Assembly (NCBI GenBank): GCA_030141605.1
Contig: JAQGDQ010000018.1
Span: forward strand, 310,001-374,000
Reading direction: 5' to 3'
DNA: 64,000 nt
DNA from: Tubiluchus corallicola
Taxonomy: Eukaryota; Animalia; Priapulida
Under the pieces are notes generated by a model, which made no database searches, was not told where the DNA came from, and was given only the letters and a program-made list of their open reading frames with translations. Position numbers and translations under genes: made by a program. Below, in pieces: positions 61,401 through 64,000 of this stretch (position 1 is its first letter; each line of letters opens with the position of its first letter).

Positions 61401-63519
61401 AACGTGTTTTTGAAATTGAGAACGGGCCATATGAACCTATAACAACTAACGTAGTCCGCTATTCTTGTCGGTGCACGAGACTCGTTCGTGACACCACGAG
61501 GTATGCCAGTCCTTTTATAGATACAAGTACATACACACGCACACGCACGCACGCACGCACACAAACACATAATATATCGAGGCACAACAGACGTACCAAT
61601 ATGGGAACTGTACTTTTTATCAATATTAGCATGTGCTTCTATATCTTATCGCGAAATATATTAAATTTCTAACTCCAAGCTACTGCAGTCACATAATTAT
61701 GAACAAATTGTCTAAATAATGTAAAGCCCAGTAAAGAACAGTACTGCTTTCAGAAATGAAAATTCTGTAATGTTCTAAGATCTGAAGCATTATTTAATTT
61801 CGAAGAGATTTTCATTTACTAATTAGAGTACCCTAACTCATCGTGTGCCTGATGCATCTGTCGTCATTTCCTTCGAAAACCGGAACAGGTGGTTTGCGTG
61901 CGATCTCCATAAAGACATATCTAAATATCAACCATCTACAAACACTTATCACTAATATGGGCTGTGTATGCACATTGCCAATACTAATAACTTGGTGTAT
62001 TTGCGCGCACATACAACTCAGCAAACCCCAATATTATGTCACTAAACACTTGCCCACTTTGGTGATGGACTGTCATTCATTATTATGCATTGTCGGATCT
62101 CGTATATGTGCCAGAATGGCGTATGCAACCCCAACTTGCTATTCACGTTTCACGGAAATTCTGATAATGAAGATTATTAAAGTGACACATGCTATTACAT
62201 GATTAGTAATGGATTATTGATTATTGATAACAGATTACTGATTAGCAAAAGGCTGCCAGCAAGATTTACTATTAAGAACTGCGTCTGTGTAAGGTTTTTT
62301 AATTTAAACAGCATAGTTCCACATAGTTTGCCTGTTCCAAATTGTTCTTCAATTTTTCCAAAATTTCTCTCACACTTTGCTTTTTTAACATCTTAACGCT
62401 TAACATTTGCTTTGTTAGTTATAAAAAGAGTGGCTGTCTTACTGAAAAGAAAGTTAATAAGAAGTTGCTGCTGACGCGCTTCTGTGTTTTTGTGTGAGAA
62501 CTCTTTCGTCTTGCAACAGCCAGTGCCTCTCAATGATATTTGCACTGAGTATTGAAGACAAATTCAATGTGAACTGGAGTTGACAGCATATTGACGCATC
62601 ATCGCAGAACTTGTGACGTGTAATATGAACCTTAAATGGTAATAAAGCCTAAAACGTCAGTAACAACCCTTGTTCGTGACTCGTATGTGAACGCAGAATT
62701 TTTTGGACAAACAAGTTACACTGAGTTACTGTAAACGGCAGTGCGCAAGAACTACTTGGGATGACATTAGCTAACGATGAATGACTTGGACACAGAAAAG
62801 AGAAATTTTTGATTGTTTAAAGCTGGTAAAATTTCAAAAATCTACTCAAGCTAATTTACCGGTTCACAGACTTAAATAATGATAGGCAAGACGTGGTGTA
62901 GTATATGAATTCTCGCAAAAATTCTTTCATTTAACGCTGAAAAGTGATAAACTTATTATTATTGCGCATGTGCTATGTAGTTTTGTAACTCAAGCAACAG
63001 TTAGGTCTAAACGGATAAAAAACTTTGCACAACGCCTTTTTCAAGGCTAATACCAACAGATAAATAGGGTTTTTGATTCACCACTTTGCAGCACAGCACA
63101 CATGTAAAGTTTACATGCCTAGATACTTGCGTGACTGTGTGAGTCTAACACAGGATCGAACTGAATTAATGAAACTAACCTGACCAACTTTAGCTATTTG
63201 TCGTTTGTAATGTTGGCATTTAATAGTCTTTATTGAAATAGTCCTCAAACTAAAAATTCGTAGTTTAACCTGTTGAATTAGGTAAATAACGGCATATATG
63301 TCTCACTCCCGCGTTATCAATAAAGTTTAAGAGCTTTAACGTATGCCAATTTTGTACATAGGATAATGTTAAGCAGAATTAAGACCAACCCCATAATTCT
63401 ACTGACGGACGGCACGCACACTGCATTTATGCTAGGTAAGACTATGTTTGAGTTATGCAATAGCACTTTGAGTTTGTATTTTGAAGGCCAGATTAGGCAG
63501 AGATGATAGCTGCATTCCA

Positions 63520-63704
63520 GCGTTGATACTTACCTGTTGCTGATTACATTTTCCTGACACTGATGATACATAACCTGTTAAAGATTATACTTACCAGTTG
63601 TCGATGATATCTGCTGCTGATGATACTTACCCGTATTTATCCGACGTTGATGATACTGCCGTTGGTGCTTCCATGCTGTGATTATGAGATTGGTGATCCT
63701 TACC
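63520..63704. repeat. Degenerate short repeats of GATGATACTTACC
   Basis: ATACTTACC at 63526, 63587 and 63623, plus variants GATGATACATAACC, GATGATACTGCC and GATCCTTACC. Confidence 0.65.
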
Positions 63705-64000
63705 TTGTGACGAGTGCAGGAGTTCGAAAGTTACTCTGTTTTGGCGTCACATAAGTGGAGGCGAGGACGTCATCAGGAGTCGTCAAAGTTTGGAGACGTC
63801 GGATCGTAATCGGATCCATGAAGAGGTAGTGTGGCCAACCGTTCTATGGTGCACCATTTCTCGACGAAGCCCCCTGGTGAGGAGTCAGAAAGATGACGCA
63901 GGATGGGAGCAGGAGAAAGGTCGCTTGATGATGCCAAGACAGGACTGGTGAAAAACGTTACGTTTTCCTTTTTTTCTTAGCCGGCTTAATCTCTATTATT

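Noticed and set aside
63526-63700. U1 snRNA gene (starts ATACTTACCTG)
   Set aside because: Only the first 11 nt match; no U1 stem-loops or Sm site follow.
24505-64000. Tensin N-terminal C1 domain exons
   Set aside because: Looked for HxF...CxxC...CxxC...CHxxC coding on the minus strand and found none; they may lie beyond the window or have been missed by eye.

Overview
AT-rich eukaryotic (animal, probably invertebrate) genomic DNA dominated by one minus-strand spliced gene, a tensin. I assembled by hand 24 phase-compatible GT-AG exons between 24504 and 5711 (about 1,367 codons). They encode a PTEN-like PTP domain, a tensin-type C2 domain and a long Pro/Ser/Tyr-rich middle region. The expected C-terminal SH2-PTB exons were not found and probably lie left of position 1. 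Positions 24.5-64 kb are mostly long 5' intron or upstream DNA with candidate alternative first exons (43792-43974, 34997-35014) and a 33-nt microexon (38471-38503). The window also holds a hAT deletion derivative, a 716-bp MITE with a 4-bp TSD, a decayed RTE LINE fragment, a tRNA-Ile-like relic, a SINE-like element, fold-back elements and microsatellites. I see no convincing new biological system. The best leads are an intact CX5R/WPD active site, possible N-terminal isoform switching and a cluster of U1-complementary 5' splice sites. All coordinates and translations were done by eye.
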